This document shows positions 1 to 12,723 of a DNA stretch of 64,000 nucleotides, piece by piece. The position numbers and the translations under genes were made by a program. This DNA comes from Schmidtea polychroa (Eukaryota): contig CM097886.1 of assembly GCA_044892525.1 (NCBI GenBank), positions 43,524,001 through 43,588,000 on the forward strand, written 5' to 3'. The notes beneath the pieces are model-generated. The model saw only the letters and a program-made list of their open reading frames with translations. It did no database searches and was not told the DNA's origin. Positions within the stretch are counted from its first letter, which is position 1; each line of letters starts with the position of its first letter.

Positions 1-100
1 AATAAGAATATTAAGGTTTATGTTGTATACCAATTGATTGATATGTATACCAAATTTCCATTTGACGTGCGTAGCATGTCGTCTGATTGTTGTTAAGTTA

Positions 101-567
101 GGGGCCGCTCATAATGTACGTCACGCTCCAGGTGGAGGGGGTTCAGGCCATGTATGACGTCACAAATTGTTTTTTTACTTTATTTCTAATTTTTTTTGAA
201 GAATTTAATAGTTTTAAAAATAATTTTCAAAATTTTGTGAGACATTTGAATTAGTTTTATGTTAAAATAGCATGAAATGCGTATCGGATGGATTAGGGAT
301 AGTATTCGATGGTTTAGAGGGTTCCAGGACGGCCGGATTTTTATGAATGAATAAAAAAAACAATTTCATAACCAGGTGGTTAATAAGATTTATGATATAT
401 TATATTATATTTAGAATAAATTTTAAATAGGTGTTAATTAAAAAAAATTTCTTCGAAAATTTGACGTACTTTAGGGAGGGGGCCCGATATTTGAGACAGT
501 TTGTGACATGGGAGGGAGAGGATTCAAAATGTTCAAAAATAGTGTGACGTACTTTATGGATGGCCCC
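101..567. mobile_element. PIF/Harbinger-type MITE
   Basis: Imperfect ~27-bp TIRs (GGGGCCGCTCATAATGTACGTCACGCT at 101; reverse complement GGGGCCATCCATAAAGTACGTCACACT ending at 567), flanked by TTA on both sides (98-100, 568-570). No coding capacity. Confidence 0.8.
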
Positions 568-919
568 TTAGCAGTTATATATTTTATAGCGCCTGACTTA
601 CTTATATAAGCTAAAATAACATACCAGCTCGATTTGAATTGCTTTTGGCGGGTTCGCTCAATGCGAATGTCAATTAATTGTCAGTGTAAGATGTTAATGT
701 TTAAATGTTATTTTTGGGTTAAAGAAAATAAAAGCATGTATTCCAAATCTTTACTAAATGAAATTTTTTAGTGTTTTTAATCCTTTACCTCTTCTCTTGA
801 AATAACCATGAATATATCAATTTCGCTACAGCTTTGAGAAAGTTAAAAAATGAATACAAAAATGCTTTAAAGTTTTCATAAATGCATAAAAATGGGAATA
901 TAAACATAATAATGTTATT

Positions 920-1292
920 ATTATAATTAATCCTTTGTTTAGCTTTTTTTTTCATAAGCTCTTCAATATTTGGTTGCTGTTTTGTAAAGAAAAGTCTCAA
1001 ATTTCATCAATCCTGAATATCAAGACGATTTTTATATTTTTACTTCTTACTTACACGACTGAAATCTCCTTCAAGAAGGTTTAAAGACAAAAAGGTTATG
1101 AAAAAAAGCTTTGATGTTTTCCAAAGAACTGGATATTTGACATAATAGTGCAGAATGGGAATTTTTGAGTGTTTTTTCTACATCTTCTTTATTTTTAATT
1201 TCAAATTCTTTTGTTTGCTTTTCTAAATAAAGCACCCTTTTAGTGAAATTGAACATGAATGAGTTTTTAACCCACCCATGAATTTGCAACAC
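920..1292 (-). pseudogene. hAT (Buster/ZBED-like) transposase C-terminal remnant
   Basis: Stitched frames read ...GDFS.V...K.KYKNRLDI...LRLFFTKQQPNIEELMKK, resembling the hAT dimerisation-domain end (E.GFS...K.K.RNRL...DLRL.LS...PNI..L). Contains stops and frameshifts. Confidence 0.5.
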
Positions 1293-1559
1293 TTTCGTGT
1301 CTTCGAAGCGGTTCGTTTAAGCTTTTACTAATATGAAATATTGACCTTTAATTGCAGATATTATTATTATCAAATGTATCATCTAAGTACGTCAAAATCC
1401 TCTTTCAAAAAATACATCTTCTTTCTTAAGTTATGATCATCTAATACTAAAAATCTTAAGTAAGAATAATCGAAGATCAGCGAACCTGGGTATGAGGATG
1501 GAAACGTTTTAAGTTAACATTTAAATGCACATTCGTTAATAATGTTTATCTTAATGGTT

Positions 1560-2130
1560 AAACTCAAAGGCTTCGACTGAGTTTTTGGAAATGGCACGCT
1601 TACAACGAAAAATAATGTACATTGCAAAAGGTTCATGGAAATCCTAATTCTTAAAAAATTACTTTTACCTAAAGATTACAATATGGGTAATTCTATTCAA
1701 AAAATCTGTTTATAAAATATTACCGTTATGAAGTAATGTTTTCACTTCATTTGCGCAACAAGAACGACCTATTTCTCGATTGAATTGTAATGTGTCACAA
1801 AAACTGAATTCTAGACGACAGCTAGTGCCGAAAGACACAATGATTGGAACAAAATGAAACTCTAAAACTAAATCTGTATTAACAAGAGGTGACCGTTTGG
1901 TGTTCCGTATCCAGATTATTTCACTACAGTTTTCTAAATTTTTCTAACGCCTGCAACCAGCAATGGTCAACAGTAAAAGTCCAATTCTTCTTCATGGCCA
2001 TACTTATCCATAGGTCACTCAAGAAGCTCTTCAAAAATTAAACGAATTGAGCTACGAAGTACTACCTCACCTATTCTTTTCGTCGAACCTATCGCCAACT
2101 GGCTGACACTTTTTCAAGCATTTCTACATT
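1560..2130 (+). pseudogene. mariner transposase remnant
   Basis: Degenerate translation LHLRNKNDLFLD*IVMC... and SPILLHG...LQKLNELSYEVLPH...SNLSPTG*HFFKH matches mariner motifs (FLDRIVTCDEKW; PILLHDNARPH; LPHPPYSPDLSPTDYHFF). Confidence 0.75.
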
Positions 2131-3799
2131 ATATTTTCAAATGTGACAAAGTATAAGGACAATATCCCTTGCTGGATGCAAAGAAGTACATTATCCTAGA
2201 ATCTCGTAGGGTATCTTCATTCACCAGAATTATCCCGCTTTTAGATCTAGATGAATGTGTCTCTATTAAAACTTCTACGACTCTTTGAAATCCAGTTTTA
2301 TCCATTTCGTATTTTTACTGTTTCACGATCTCAAATTGGTAATGAATACAGTGGGTACGCCTTAAGACGAAGTCACATTTCCCACAAAAAATTTCGTCTT
2401 AACCAATATTTGTGTTAAGCTGTAGTGTTAAAAACATGATTATAGAGTAATTTACTGTATTACTGTAGTTTAGATGCACCCTTGCCAAGTCATGGGCCAA
2501 TGTAACATAATGGTGACAGCAAATATTGTAACCTCGCGAATTCAAGAATTAATTTAATTAATTAAATCATCTATGAGGCACATGAAGCAAATTTTATTTT
2601 ACAATTCATTTAAGACTGAGATACTTGAAGTATAATTATGTATATTAAGTATAATTAAAGATGGCATAAATTATTTTATTAAATCAAGACATTCCATGCA
2701 CTGCTTTTCAAGAAGCAAACATGATACTCTCATTTAATTCATAAAAAGGCAGTTAGAAAAAAGCTACTAAAAGCCAGACAGTGTCTTCACATGCATATTG
2801 AAGTTCTTTAAACCCCCATGCCTAGTGAGAGTACAGTGAATTTTATTTGATTAGTTCATTTTTCATTCATCGTGAATTGTTGAATCTTGAAATTTTTTTG
2901 TGGGAATTTTAACATTTGCCAATACAGTTTATTGTACGATAAAGAATTATGGATAAAGCGAAATCTATGAATAATGCTGATTTAAATTAAGATGTTCTTC
3001 CAAATTCTGATTGCTAGGATTCGTCTTAATTTTAGACATTAATAAATTCAAAGTCGTGAATAATTATATATTATTTAAACAACATATTTTCTTAATTCAT
3101 TTCTGGGGAATTAATTCAAATCCAAATAATATTTCCAACAATTTCAACATACTACAACATTCAACTAATCAAATATAAATGCTATAAATATGAATAGTTA
3201 ATATAAATACATCTTACACTGATGAACCAATTTTGTTACCAGTGCATATAGAAGAAACTTGAGTGAATACAGAGAAGATAAAATCGATGAAGTATGATGA
3301 AACATTCTTTTAGTGATTCAATCATTGACTAGCTGAACGGAGATAATACCAATCGGAATTCACTGAGAAATATACTGAGAAGTGGTAGGCGAATTGGTTC
3401 GAATCTCAATAGACAAGCATTTAATCTAGTGAACTCAAATATCTTTAAAATGCATTAACATTCCAGTTGCAGATATAATCAACAGGAACACTCCCAGTTT
3501 CTTTGCTGCGAAAAGACAGTAACCCTGTTATTTAGTGATGTGTAGTTTTTGAACAGGCACTTAAACAAATAGTTTATCCTCTTTTCTTGCTTCTAATCGA
3601 CACTTTTTAAATGTTCTATTGTGAAATTTTCTTTCTTACCTGCTGCTAGTGTGTGGATGATGATCACGATGAGGTATTTACACCAATCACATCACATACC
3701 TGTCATATAAATGCTTAATAGTTAAATACGTCGCCATATCTTCAAGTTTAGCTGCTGTTGCTGTTATGGGATGTTCGTTATTTTGTCTCTATGTAATAT

Positions 3800-4131
3800 T
3801 TTCATGCAGACGCTCTCATTGAATACAAAATCGAAGATCTTGATGAAGATGAAGTTAGACATTTGCAGCAAGTACCATATCAACATTTGTAAAAAGCACA
3901 ACCAAAGTGGGATACAGAGCAAAAACAAAATTGGTGAAATGCATCATAAGCAATATTCTGCTGATTGACAACTGTTCTGCACACAAAGAAGTTCATAATC
4001 TTACCATCAACAATGTTGTAAGACTGCCACTTATTACAATTGCGACCATCCAGTCGTGTGATCAGTGTATTATTCAGGTTACAAAGAGGCGGTACCAAAG
4101 TCAGCTTTTCAAACAATCTTTAGCCACTTAA
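3800..4131 (+). pseudogene. pogo/Tigger (DDE_1) transposase remnant
   Basis: ILLIDNCSAH and ATIQSCDQCIIQVTKRRYQSQL match the DDE_1 motifs LLxDNxxxH and T..LQPxDQGII...K..YR. Confidence 0.65.
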
Positions 4132-4698
4132 GAAGATGGAGTTAAGGTAAATCTGGGTCATGCCATTACACACTGACTCCTGTAACAATCAGTAATTGTT
4201 AGCGTCAGTCAAGCACCATCAAGACTGTTTCTGATATTTTTGAGACTAAAGAGAAAGCTGAAAAGGACAATGGAAATAAAAATACGTACTAAAATTTTAT
4301 TAAAGTTATGTCAATCCACTATATTTTATTTGTGTATAATTCTTGCAACTGGTAACATATTTGACCAACCACACCGTTTCATGGAGATATTTATGACGGT
4401 GGAGGACTACAAGCATGTCGTTTTTGTTCAATTCTTATATGTTTATATTTCCTTTTAAATTTCACTTGTCCACATTATAACTTTAAATCAATATTTCCCC
4501 TATGTAACATAAATTTTTTGCGCTGCCCTTTTCAAGTGTTAAATTTATCAATAATCATAATGAAAACAAACGAAATTTTATAAAATTGCCAATACTTTGC
4601 CAGCTGAATTCCAAGAACCTCACAAGTCGTCATCCAGTAGCAATCTAAATAAGTGAATTAAATTTAAATATAAATGTTATGGAAAAAACAAGAACAAT

Positions 4699-6420
4699 TT
4701 ATTTTCTATATCGATATCGCTTGAAGTGAAAATATAACTGCAGCATATCCCGATAGAACTGACACTTGTATCCATGCCTTTCACTGGTCTCCCATTCGCG
4801 GTTCACTATTTTGAACGCGATGTCCTCATAAGGCGGCCCGGCCTTGAATGTGATCATCGCGTATTGGTCGTCATCGATGCACGGAGTCAACTCGAATGTC
4901 GGAGTTTTCGTTTTATCGATCAAATCCGGATAGAGAATATTAAATTTGTATCCCTGGACGATTTTCGGTGGCGGGTTGTCCATATCGTAATGGGTCTGAT
5001 TGTATTTGTTCCAATCGAATCCCGTATTCACCCGGTTGAGAAATCTTGGCTTCCTCGGTCGATATTTATCCGACCAAAGAAATGATTGCTCCTCGATTGC
5101 GATCTGTTCACTGAAATCCAAATCACCTTTCTCGTCACCTTCTTGCACCAATTTGATCAATTCGTCTTCCTGGTTGATTTTATGACTGCCGAACTTGATA
5201 AATTTCTTTCTCATGAATTCCAGTTTCTTTTCATCGTCGTCAGCTGGATAAATAACATTTTCAATTGCCTCATCACCCAACTCGTCAGCTAACAACAAAA
5301 CCGGACTGTAACGACTGTGGTCGTATTCTTCTCGTTCCAATTTCTGTTCGGGTTTTTTGGAACTTGTTGTCGCTTTTGTGTCGATTTGTTCTTCCGGTAT
5401 TATCGCACTAGGAAAAAGCGGTTCGATTGGCAATCCTTGTTCGTGTTTTAATCTGTTCAATTTGATTCGTAAATTATTAGAATGGCGCTCTTGCAACCGT
5501 TTCTTAGCAATTAAAACTCTGGCAAGATTGCAGAAATATTCGTAATAAGCAACATCAATATGTCGACGATCGCCTGTTTCCAGCATCGTTTTTGCGTCAT
5601 TTAATAATGCCGTTGACTCATCGATAGTTCCTTGGAGAATCATTTGTTTCATGTCGTCAACGCATTCTTTTGTTACTCCTTCAGTTCGACCATCATCTTC
5701 TTTTTTGATGACTCTTTTCAATTCATCTTCAGTTATTAAACGAATATCTTCCCAATATTGGGTGTTCTTTCCCGGCTCCATATTTCGCGAGTATTCGTGA
5801 ATATCCACTAACAAATCATCCAAATCAACTTTTAATAATCCAACTAAAAATTGTGTCGGCTCGTGAATAATTGCATCAGCATTATCACTAATGGTATTAT
5901 CTTCTTCATTTACGTATTGAATTAATAAATCTATCGGTTTTGCTCGACCTTCAGCTATTCTAATTTTAGATCGATTTTTAGCTTGCTCTATATCGAAATT
6001 GGAATCAGATTTTCGTCCACGGAAATTTTGTGCTTCTTTTGCTCGTTGCATTATTTCCTGTTCGAGTAATCGTTCTTCGCGTAATCTTTCATGTTCTTTC
6101 ATTCTTCTTTGAACATTTTCCAATTCTGCCTGTTTTTCTTGACAGTTCAATTGGACAGGATTATTTTTCTTTTTCCATATAAATTCCTTGGTTAAGTTAG
6201 GGTCCATAAATGGATTGTTATCATCAGTATATCCACAAATGGCCTGTTTTGGAGCCTTCGAACTTCGTTTAAAACCAGTAGCGTCGTAATTTTCGTTTTT
6301 AATTTCTTCCTTTTTACTTATGAATTCGGGAGAAGACGAATCTCTTCTTTGATGTTTTTTATGCTTCTTTTTAGATTTTTTATAGTTACTTTCAGAACTT
6401 TTGTTTTTCTCTGAGTTCAT
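4699..6420 (-). CDS. CACTIN: Cactin (spliceosome-associated protein), single exon, 573 aa
   Basis: GYTDDNNPF..NLT..FIWKKK, the KPIDLL mid-domain and the C-terminal WSDKYRPRKPRF.NRV.TGFDWNKYNQTHYD.DNPPPKIVQGYKFNI.YPDL...AGPPYEDIAFKIVNREWE...FHFKRYRYR are cactin hallmarks. Confidence 0.96.
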   Translation of the reverse strand: MNSEKNKSSESNYKKSKKKHKKHQRRDSSSPEFISKKEEIKNENYDATGFKRSSKAPKQAICGYTDDNNPFMDPNLTKEFIWKKKNNPVQLNCQEKQAELENVQRRMKEHERLREERLLEQEIMQRAKEAQNFRGRKSDSNFDIEQAKNRSKIRIAEGRAKPIDLLIQYVNEEDNTISDNADAIIHEPTQFLVGLLKVDLDDLLVDIHEYSRNMEPGKNTQYWEDIRLITEDELKRVIKKEDDGRTEGVTKECVDDMKQMILQGTIDESTALLNDAKTMLETGDRRHIDVAYYEYFCNLARVLIAKKRLQERHSNNLRIKLNRLKHEQGLPIEPLFPSAIIPEEQIDTKATTSSKKPEQKLEREEYDHSRYSPVLLLADELGDEAIENVIYPADDDEKKLEFMRKKFIKFGSHKINQEDELIKLVQEGDEKGDLDFSEQIAIEEQSFLWSDKYRPRKPRFLNRVNTGFDWNKYNQTHYDMDNPPPKIVQGYKFNILYPDLIDKTKTPTFELTPCIDDDQYAMITFKAGPPYEDIAFKIVNREWETSERHGYKCQFYRDMLQLYFHFKRYRYRK

Positions 6421-7942
6421 TTTTAGTACTAAAATTCAATAAAAATTAATATTTTATTTTAAGTAAAAGCTGGTTTTTAAAAATATTTAATAAATAATTC
6501 GATTTTAATTAACGTATCAAAATAATTAGTTGAAAATAAAATTTAATTATAATTTTAAAATTTAGCAATGATGTCGATTATTTAAACTAAGAAAGTGATT
6601 GAACAATTCTAAAACAATTCAAAATTTCAGCTTTCGAATGTATCAAATTTATTTGTTTTGGTGACCTTGCTAATTTTTAAAGGTTAACTGAGATTGACAA
6701 AATTCCAGAAATTTTATATTATTATTAAAATGAAAATTTTGGTTATCTTGTTTTTTATTTTTTTCTGTTACAGTCAATGGACAAATTTGTTTCACATACC
6801 ATGAACATTACGAGAATCAACTACTTAACCAAACAAAATGATATAGTTGGTATGATAATGTTAATATTTCATTGGTCCGAATTTCGGCTTTCATATTTCT
6901 GGGTTCGGGTAGGTTAAAAATTGTTTAGTAGCCCTGAACTGTATAATTTAATTAATCTCAATAATACCCATCAGTAATTGATGTTAGTACTGTACCAACG
7001 GGTTTAGAAGTTATACAAAGGGCGAGTAGCGTTCCCATAGCTGATGAGCTTAATATTCCAGTGGATTTAATGATTAGGTAAAGTATCGTCCCCAAATAGT
7101 TAATATTAATTAAATCCATAAAGAAATTTTATCAAAAATAATGCTTTCGATTTTTGAAATTGCAAGCGATATAATGAGAAAAATAGCATTTTTAACAGAC
7201 AACAACATCTTCAATACTTCGTTACTCCACAAATAAAGTATGAGATAGGTTAAGCAAAATTTGACCCGAGAGGTATTTTGTTGCACAACCTAAAAATTAC
7301 GTAAGGGAATAACAGTTCGGCATGGAACAATTTCTTTCGAGAAAAACAAACTTGAATACAGAAAAATCCTCATGATGGCATATCTTTGGCTTCATAAAAC
7401 CATTGTTAAAGCAATTAGGCAAACAAGTTAAAATTTCAAAATTAATAATATTTCACTTTGCAATTACGGCAGCTTGTTTAAAAGGATTTTGATGTCAATG
7501 ACTCTTGTATCTGATGGAAGTAAATCACCAGAATCTGAAAATAGATTTTCCAAAAATGAAAAATTTAATTTTTATAAATATTACAAGATAGTCATAAGCC
7601 AATAAATAAAAATTACGAAAGATAAAATTAATCACTTTCATTTAAAATTGGGATAACGAAAAACATCACGAATCGATTTCACGACAATTCACAGAAAAAC
7701 AATTCATAGAAAAAAATATTTACTCGATTCAACTAGTTTTATTTTTTTTTTTGGTTTTCATACTAGCCATTTCGGGTTTTATATTATTAATTAGTTATAA
7801 AAAAAGATTAAAATTTTACCGAAATTAGAAATTAAGATATTAAAATTTTAATGAAAATAATTATAGACAAAGTATAAAGTATTTATTGTAGACATCAAAT
7901 TTTGCATTTAATTTCATTGACTTCCGACCAAATGCAGCTCGG

Positions 7943-9176
7943 TGTTGTGGTTGGCGTAGTCCTTTCTGGTAATTTGGCAATAGTTGACCCACTTTTCAAT
8001 TGATCATCTATTTTGTCTATTTCAATTAATATTTTACCTTGTTCGACTTCAAATTTTAAGTTACAGGTTTGCAAAAGATCTGATTTGTTCTTGAATAAAT
8101 TAGACATTGCATTGAAGAAATTTTGTTCGATTTTCTCTAAAACATTTCCAATATAATTCATTATAGAATCGGAATCCGTGAGTGACGTAAAATTTCTTCC
8201 ATCGAATTCGACTTTAATTTTTTTACATAATTGATCTACTATAATTCGGCAATTATGACCATTTATTAATAATGCAGCAAAATGCAAGTTATCATTTCCA
8301 AAGTTCTCTACATTGAAAGATTTTAGAGAATCCATGCATTCGAATGAATCTTTGGAATAACAATAAGAATTTTTAGCTAGCGAAAAACAACCCAATTGAG
8401 GTTTTTGCATATCGTTTATTTTACTCATAAAAATATTCTGATGAATAAGTCAAATTGCAGGTAAAGATATTTTTAATTTTAATTACAAGGTTTTTAATTT
8501 GAATTACAAAAATTTACAGATCTGAGTAAAACAAAAATATATATAATAGAAACTACATAAAAAATGTAAATATAATCAGACCAGGTAAACATATTCAACA
8601 GGCATTTCTCATTTACAAAATGTTAACTAAAAATAATAATTTCATGTAGTCCGATTATTTCTAAAGATTTTACAACCTGCCGATTTGTCCATGAACCAAT
8701 TTGACCATTGTCATTCGCATACAATATTTGAGGAAATGTATATCCTTTGCCGTTCTGATCCTTTTTTGCATAATCACATTGATCAGAATTTGTAAAGACG
8801 TGTGGTGGTTTGATAAAAAGATCTATTCGGGTTCATATTATTGTTAGGATTTGTTACGTATTTCGCGAATTGTAATGGATGAGGGTGTTGGTCTATGAGA
8901 GCCAACACTAAAACTATTGGGAGCCGAATACAGTTTATCTTGATAATGATAACATGGCATCGAATTTGCTTTACTCGCCTGAGATTGATTAATAGAGCCT
9001 GATTGATAAGTAGAAGTATTAGCTGATCGCACGAATTTTGATTGACTGTAATTGTGTTCTGCTTGGTCCTTATTCGCTGGTGACCGCGCATTTATAGATA
9101 TAATATAATATAATATAATATAATATAGTATAATGGGTATATAGATATTGTTAAGGCCGTGTAACGGCTCACTACA
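7943..9176 (-). repeat. Element A 3' LTR
   Basis: Same length as 15295-16528; I found only three substitutions by eye. Preceded on the - strand by a short purine-rich GTGGGGCTGA (weak PPT, 9177-9186). Confidence 0.95.
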
Positions 9177-9345
9177 TCAGCCCCACGGGAAGTCGCGGAG
9201 CGCACAGGGACTCTAGAATAGAGGTTGATGAAAGATCTACCAGAAACAAGATGTAAGTCGAAGAGTAGTGACAATTTATCAAAGGTGGATAGTGTCTACA
9301 AAGGAAATCGGCGATTGATAAATTATTTGATTATATGGAATAAAG

Positions 9346-12300
9346 TTAAGTGAATTTCAGCATCAGATGTGTCAAGTTTTCATTGGAATAGACTCTGGCA
9401 AGTCTAGGAGGTTTGGAAATGTCTTCACCAATTTGGCGCACCCAAATCTTATCACTATGTTTCACATTTTTCGCGGTTCGCTGCTTGTCGGGTTTCGAAA
9501 CAATTGAGCGAAGATTTAGTGGATTTGTTGTTGCTGAACGTGTATTCTCTGTAGCTAAATTTTCATCGCGTTGGTAGTTTGTGATCATGGTACGCGCGAT
9601 TTCGTTTGAGTCCATGGCAGGTTCTTCTGAAAGGTTTTCGTTCGACGTAGTTGAAATGGGTTCGACTGAGACTTTCTCTAAATCAGAGTGAAGTTTGTCT
9701 TCGTCCACGTCATCAGAAATCATAAAAGCCGGTTTAAGTCGGCACAAATTTATATTTTGGGTAACACCGTTAATAACGATGTGAGCATTGTTATCCTTAA
9801 TGTCGATCAATTTGTAAGGCCCCGAATATCTCGGTTTTAGACCTGAATCCGTAATATTACGGAGATAAACGTGAGTTGCGTCCTTGAAGGACTTTGGGAC
9901 GTACGGTGTATATGAGGATGCATAAGAAAACTGTGGGTTGCTATCGATCGAGAGAAAATGATCTCTAGCCATATCTAATTCCTCAAAGGTAGGAGCGTTA
10001 TCGAAATCAACTAATTCGTTAGGTAACGATGTTGAAGAACCGAAAAGTAACTGTGCCGGTGTAGTTCCGGTAGTCCTGGAGGGTGTGTTGCGCCAACCAA
10101 GAAGGACAAAAGGTAAAGCTTTAGTCCAATTAAGTCTCGATGAAAGTATTCCAAGAGAAGTCTTCAAAGTACGGTGAAATCTTTTGATCATGCCGTTTGT
10201 CTGAGGATGGTAAGCAGTTGAACGGAGGTGTTGTATACCGAGCTTTTCAGTTAGTTGTTGAAATAACTGGGATTCAAACTGAGATCCCCTGTCTGTGATT
10301 ATTGATTTCGGAACACCGTATCTAGAAATCCAATGTTGCAAAATTGAATTTGCTACAATTTCAGCAGAAATGTTTTTCAGAGGAATAACTTCAAACCAAC
10401 GCGTTTTCCGGTCAATCATGGTTAATAAGTAAGAAAAACCGCGATCAGAAGGCAAGGGGCCGACCAGGTCGATGTGAAGAATTTCGAACCTATTTCCTGT
10501 CGGATAGTGAATCATCTGTGGCTTAGTGTGTCTAGTGATCTTGTTTTGTTGACAACCGATGCACTGACTCACCCACAATTTAATATCGTGCCTCATTGCT
10601 GGCCAAACCACATGTGAATGCAATAGGTTGAAGGTAGCCGACGAACCTGGATGATGTAAGTCGTGAATGGAGTGGAAAGCTAATTTCCGTAAGGAATCGT
10701 GCAAAATCGGTCTTAAAACACCTGATAAAGACGAGTCAAAGTGTACTCCGTCCACGATTTCAAGCTTATCGCCAAAAGCAGCTAGATCTTTTGCCGAAGG
10801 TGGATTGTCGCGGAGGCACTGTACTGGAAAAATCGGATCGTGCAATATAGCGTTGGTACTGCGGGAAAGACAGTCTGCAATAACGTTTTCTTTGCCGGCA
10901 ATGTGGCGTATTTCGCAAGAAAATTCTGAAATATAACTGATTTGCCTCTGTTGTCGTGGAGATGGGTCTTTCATTCCAAAAAGATAAGTTAGCGGTTTGT
11001 GGTCAGTGTAGATGACAAAAGGACGACCTTCAAGCAAGTGCTTGAAATGTTTGATTGACAGATATATGCCTAAGAGTTCTCGGTCGAAAGCCGAATATTT
11101 CCGTTGTGCGGAAGAAAGTTTCTTTGAGAAAAACTCTAAGGGTTCAGAAATGTCATTATGTAATTGGTGTAATACTGCACCAATAGCAACGTTTGATGCA
11201 TCAGTGGTCAGACTCCAAGGTAAATCAGCATTGGGAAAATGAAGTGTTTGAATTTTCGAAAGTGCCGACTTAGCGTTTTCAAATGCACTGAGTGTGGTAT
11301 CGCTCCATGACACTAAAGACTTTTTTGGTTTTGAAACAAGACCTGAAAGAGGTGACAAAATGTCAGAAACCCCTGGAATAAAACGATGACAATAGTTTAT
11401 CGTTCCCAAAAAACTTCTCAGTTGTGAAACTGTTTTTGGAAGTGGGAATTTGGCTATGGTATCTAGTCTATCCGGAGGAGGTCGGATTCCATCTGCAGAA
11501 ATTAAATGTCCCAGGAAACGAGTCTCGTGTTGGAAGAAGGTACACTTATCGACGTTTACCTTAAGGTTGTATTGCCGAAGTGCTGTTAAAGTTCTTGTCA
11601 GATGGGTTATATGCGTCTCTAAATCAGGTGATCCGACTAAAATGTCGTCTATGTAAGGAACTGCGAAAGGCAGGTCCATTAAGACTTGATCAATATACCT
11701 TTGAAAGGTCTGTGCAGAATTACGAAGGCCAAATGGCATATGCACGTACTCGAAAAGTCCGATCGGAGTTATCACGGCTGTTTTTTCTATGTCAGACTCT
11801 CGCACGGGTATCTGATGGTACGCCTTCACGAGGTCGATTGTGGAGAAAATCTTTGCCTTTGAAAGACGGTGAAGGATATCACTAACAAGCGGCATGCTAT
11901 AGGAATCATGTACCGTAATAGCATTAAGGTTTCGATAGTCGCCACACGGACGGAAAGTGCCATCTTTTTTTGGGACCAGGTGCAATGGCGATGACCATGG
12001 AGATTTAGATCTCCGAATGGTACCCTCATGTAAGAGGTTAGTGAACTCGGAACGTACAAATTCGAGTTTTTCATTCGACAGTGGTCTAATTTTGCATCTA
12101 ACTGGTAAACATGAAGTTGTGTCGATCGTGTGGCAGTAAAGCGGCTTCGAAACGTCACTTATTGGCGAGTTAAAACACCTATTAATAATATCTAAGGCTA
12201 TTTTTGGGTGTTCGATTGTTATAACCGTTTTCGACGGAGTAGTATTTATATCGTCCGTTCCTATCCGTTGTGGATCTTCAAAGATGTTTGAGGGAATAGT

Positions 12301-12711
12301 GCTGCAGTTTAATTGGTTATTTATTCTTAAAGTGCGTCCACGGCAATCTACGAGTAGTTCGTTAGCGCTTAAAAAATCAGATCCTAATATGGGGATAATA
12401 ACCTCTGCTATATAAAATTTCCACTCAAATAATTGGTCGGACAGAAATGGCAACGAGAAAGCAATTGTCTTTGAACCTAAAGTCTCAACAACACTACCGT
12501 TTGCGGCCTTCAAAGAAATATCGACAGTGTTGAGGTCTGGAAGGTACTCTTTAGGTAAGATCGACAAGCTGGAGCCAGTGTCGACAAGGAATTTTAGTCT
12601 GTTGGAAGGAGACGACAATATATTAAAAGCGTTTGACTCTGCTTCTATTAAAAATAAATCTGATTTTGATGAAATTTTGCCTCCCACCTCTGCCGCTAGA
12701 AGTGGTGGCAT
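9346..12711 (-). CDS. pol: Element A Pol (protease, RT, RNase H, integrase)
   Basis: FLVDTGSS (protease), YIDD (RT), [13 protein letters not shown] (RNase H), HHPG...CIGC (integrase zinc finger), HIDLVGP and ITDRGSQF, and a GPY motif. The frame is open back to the slippery site at 12723. The third integrase catalytic residue reads K instead of E. Confidence 0.96.
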   Translation of the reverse strand: MPPLLAAEVGGKISSKSDLFLIEAESNAFNILSSPSNRLKFLVDTGSSLSILPKEYLPDLNTVDISLKAANGSVVETLGSKTIAFSLPFLSDQLFEWKFYIAEVIIPILGSDFLSANELLVDCRGRTLRINNQLNCSTIPSNIFEDPQRIGTDDINTTPSKTVITIEHPKIALDIINRCFNSPISDVSKPLYCHTIDTTSCLPVRCKIRPLSNEKLEFVRSEFTNLLHEGTIRRSKSPWSSPLHLVPKKDGTFRPCGDYRNLNAITVHDSYSMPLVSDILHRLSKAKIFSTIDLVKAYHQIPVRESDIEKTAVITPIGLFEYVHMPFGLRNSAQTFQRYIDQVLMDLPFAVPYIDDILVGSPDLETHITHLTRTLTALRQYNLKVNVDKCTFFQHETRFLGHLISADGIRPPPDRLDTIAKFPLPKTVSQLRSFLGTINYCHRFIPGVSDILSPLSGLVSKPKKSLVSWSDTTLSAFENAKSALSKIQTLHFPNADLPWSLTTDASNVAIGAVLHQLHNDISEPLEFFSKKLSSAQRKYSAFDRELLGIYLSIKHFKHLLEGRPFVIYTDHKPLTYLFGMKDPSPRQQRQISYISEFSCEIRHIAGKENVIADCLSRSTNAILHDPIFPVQCLRDNPPSAKDLAAFGDKLEIVDGVHFDSSLSGVLRPILHDSLRKLAFHSIHDLHHPGSSATFNLLHSHVVWPAMRHDIKLWVSQCIGCQQNKITRHTKPQMIHYPTGNRFEILHIDLVGPLPSDRGFSYLLTMIDRKTRWFEVIPLKNISAEIVANSILQHWISRYGVPKSIITDRGSQFESQLFQQLTEKLGIQHLRSTAYHPQTNGMIKRFHRTLKTSLGILSSRLNWTKALPFVLLGWRNTPSRTTGTTPAQLLFGSSTSLPNELVDFDNAPTFEELDMARDHFLSIDSNPQFSYASSYTPYVPKSFKDATHVYLRNITDSGLKPRYSGPYKLIDIKDNNAHIVINGVTQNINLCRLKPAFMISDDVDEDKLHSDLEKVSVEPISTTSNENLSEEPAMDSNEIARTMITNYQRDENLATENTRSATTNPLNLRSIVSKPDKQRTAKNVKHSDKIWVRQIGEDISKPPRLARVYSNENLTHLMLKFT

Positions 12712-12723
12712 TATAAGTTTTTT
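12686..12723 (-). promoter_or_regulatory. Putative -1 ribosomal frameshift signal (gag-pol)
   Basis: A AAA AAC heptamer in the gag frame (12723-12717); pol is in the -1 frame. A 7-nt spacer is followed by the stem CCACTTCT/AGAGGTGG, extended by GCC/GGC, which runs a few bases past the listed start. Confidence 0.75.

Noticed and set aside
6590-7560. Spliced gene divergent from cactin
   Set aside because: Exon-like segments with AG/GT borders exist, but the joins I tried hit stops quickly and gave no recognisable protein.
7895-9091. Segmental duplication of a host gene (177-aa and 465-aa ORFs sharing an N-terminus)
   Set aside because: The shared block is exactly the LTR pair, with TG/CA ends, TSD and PBS.
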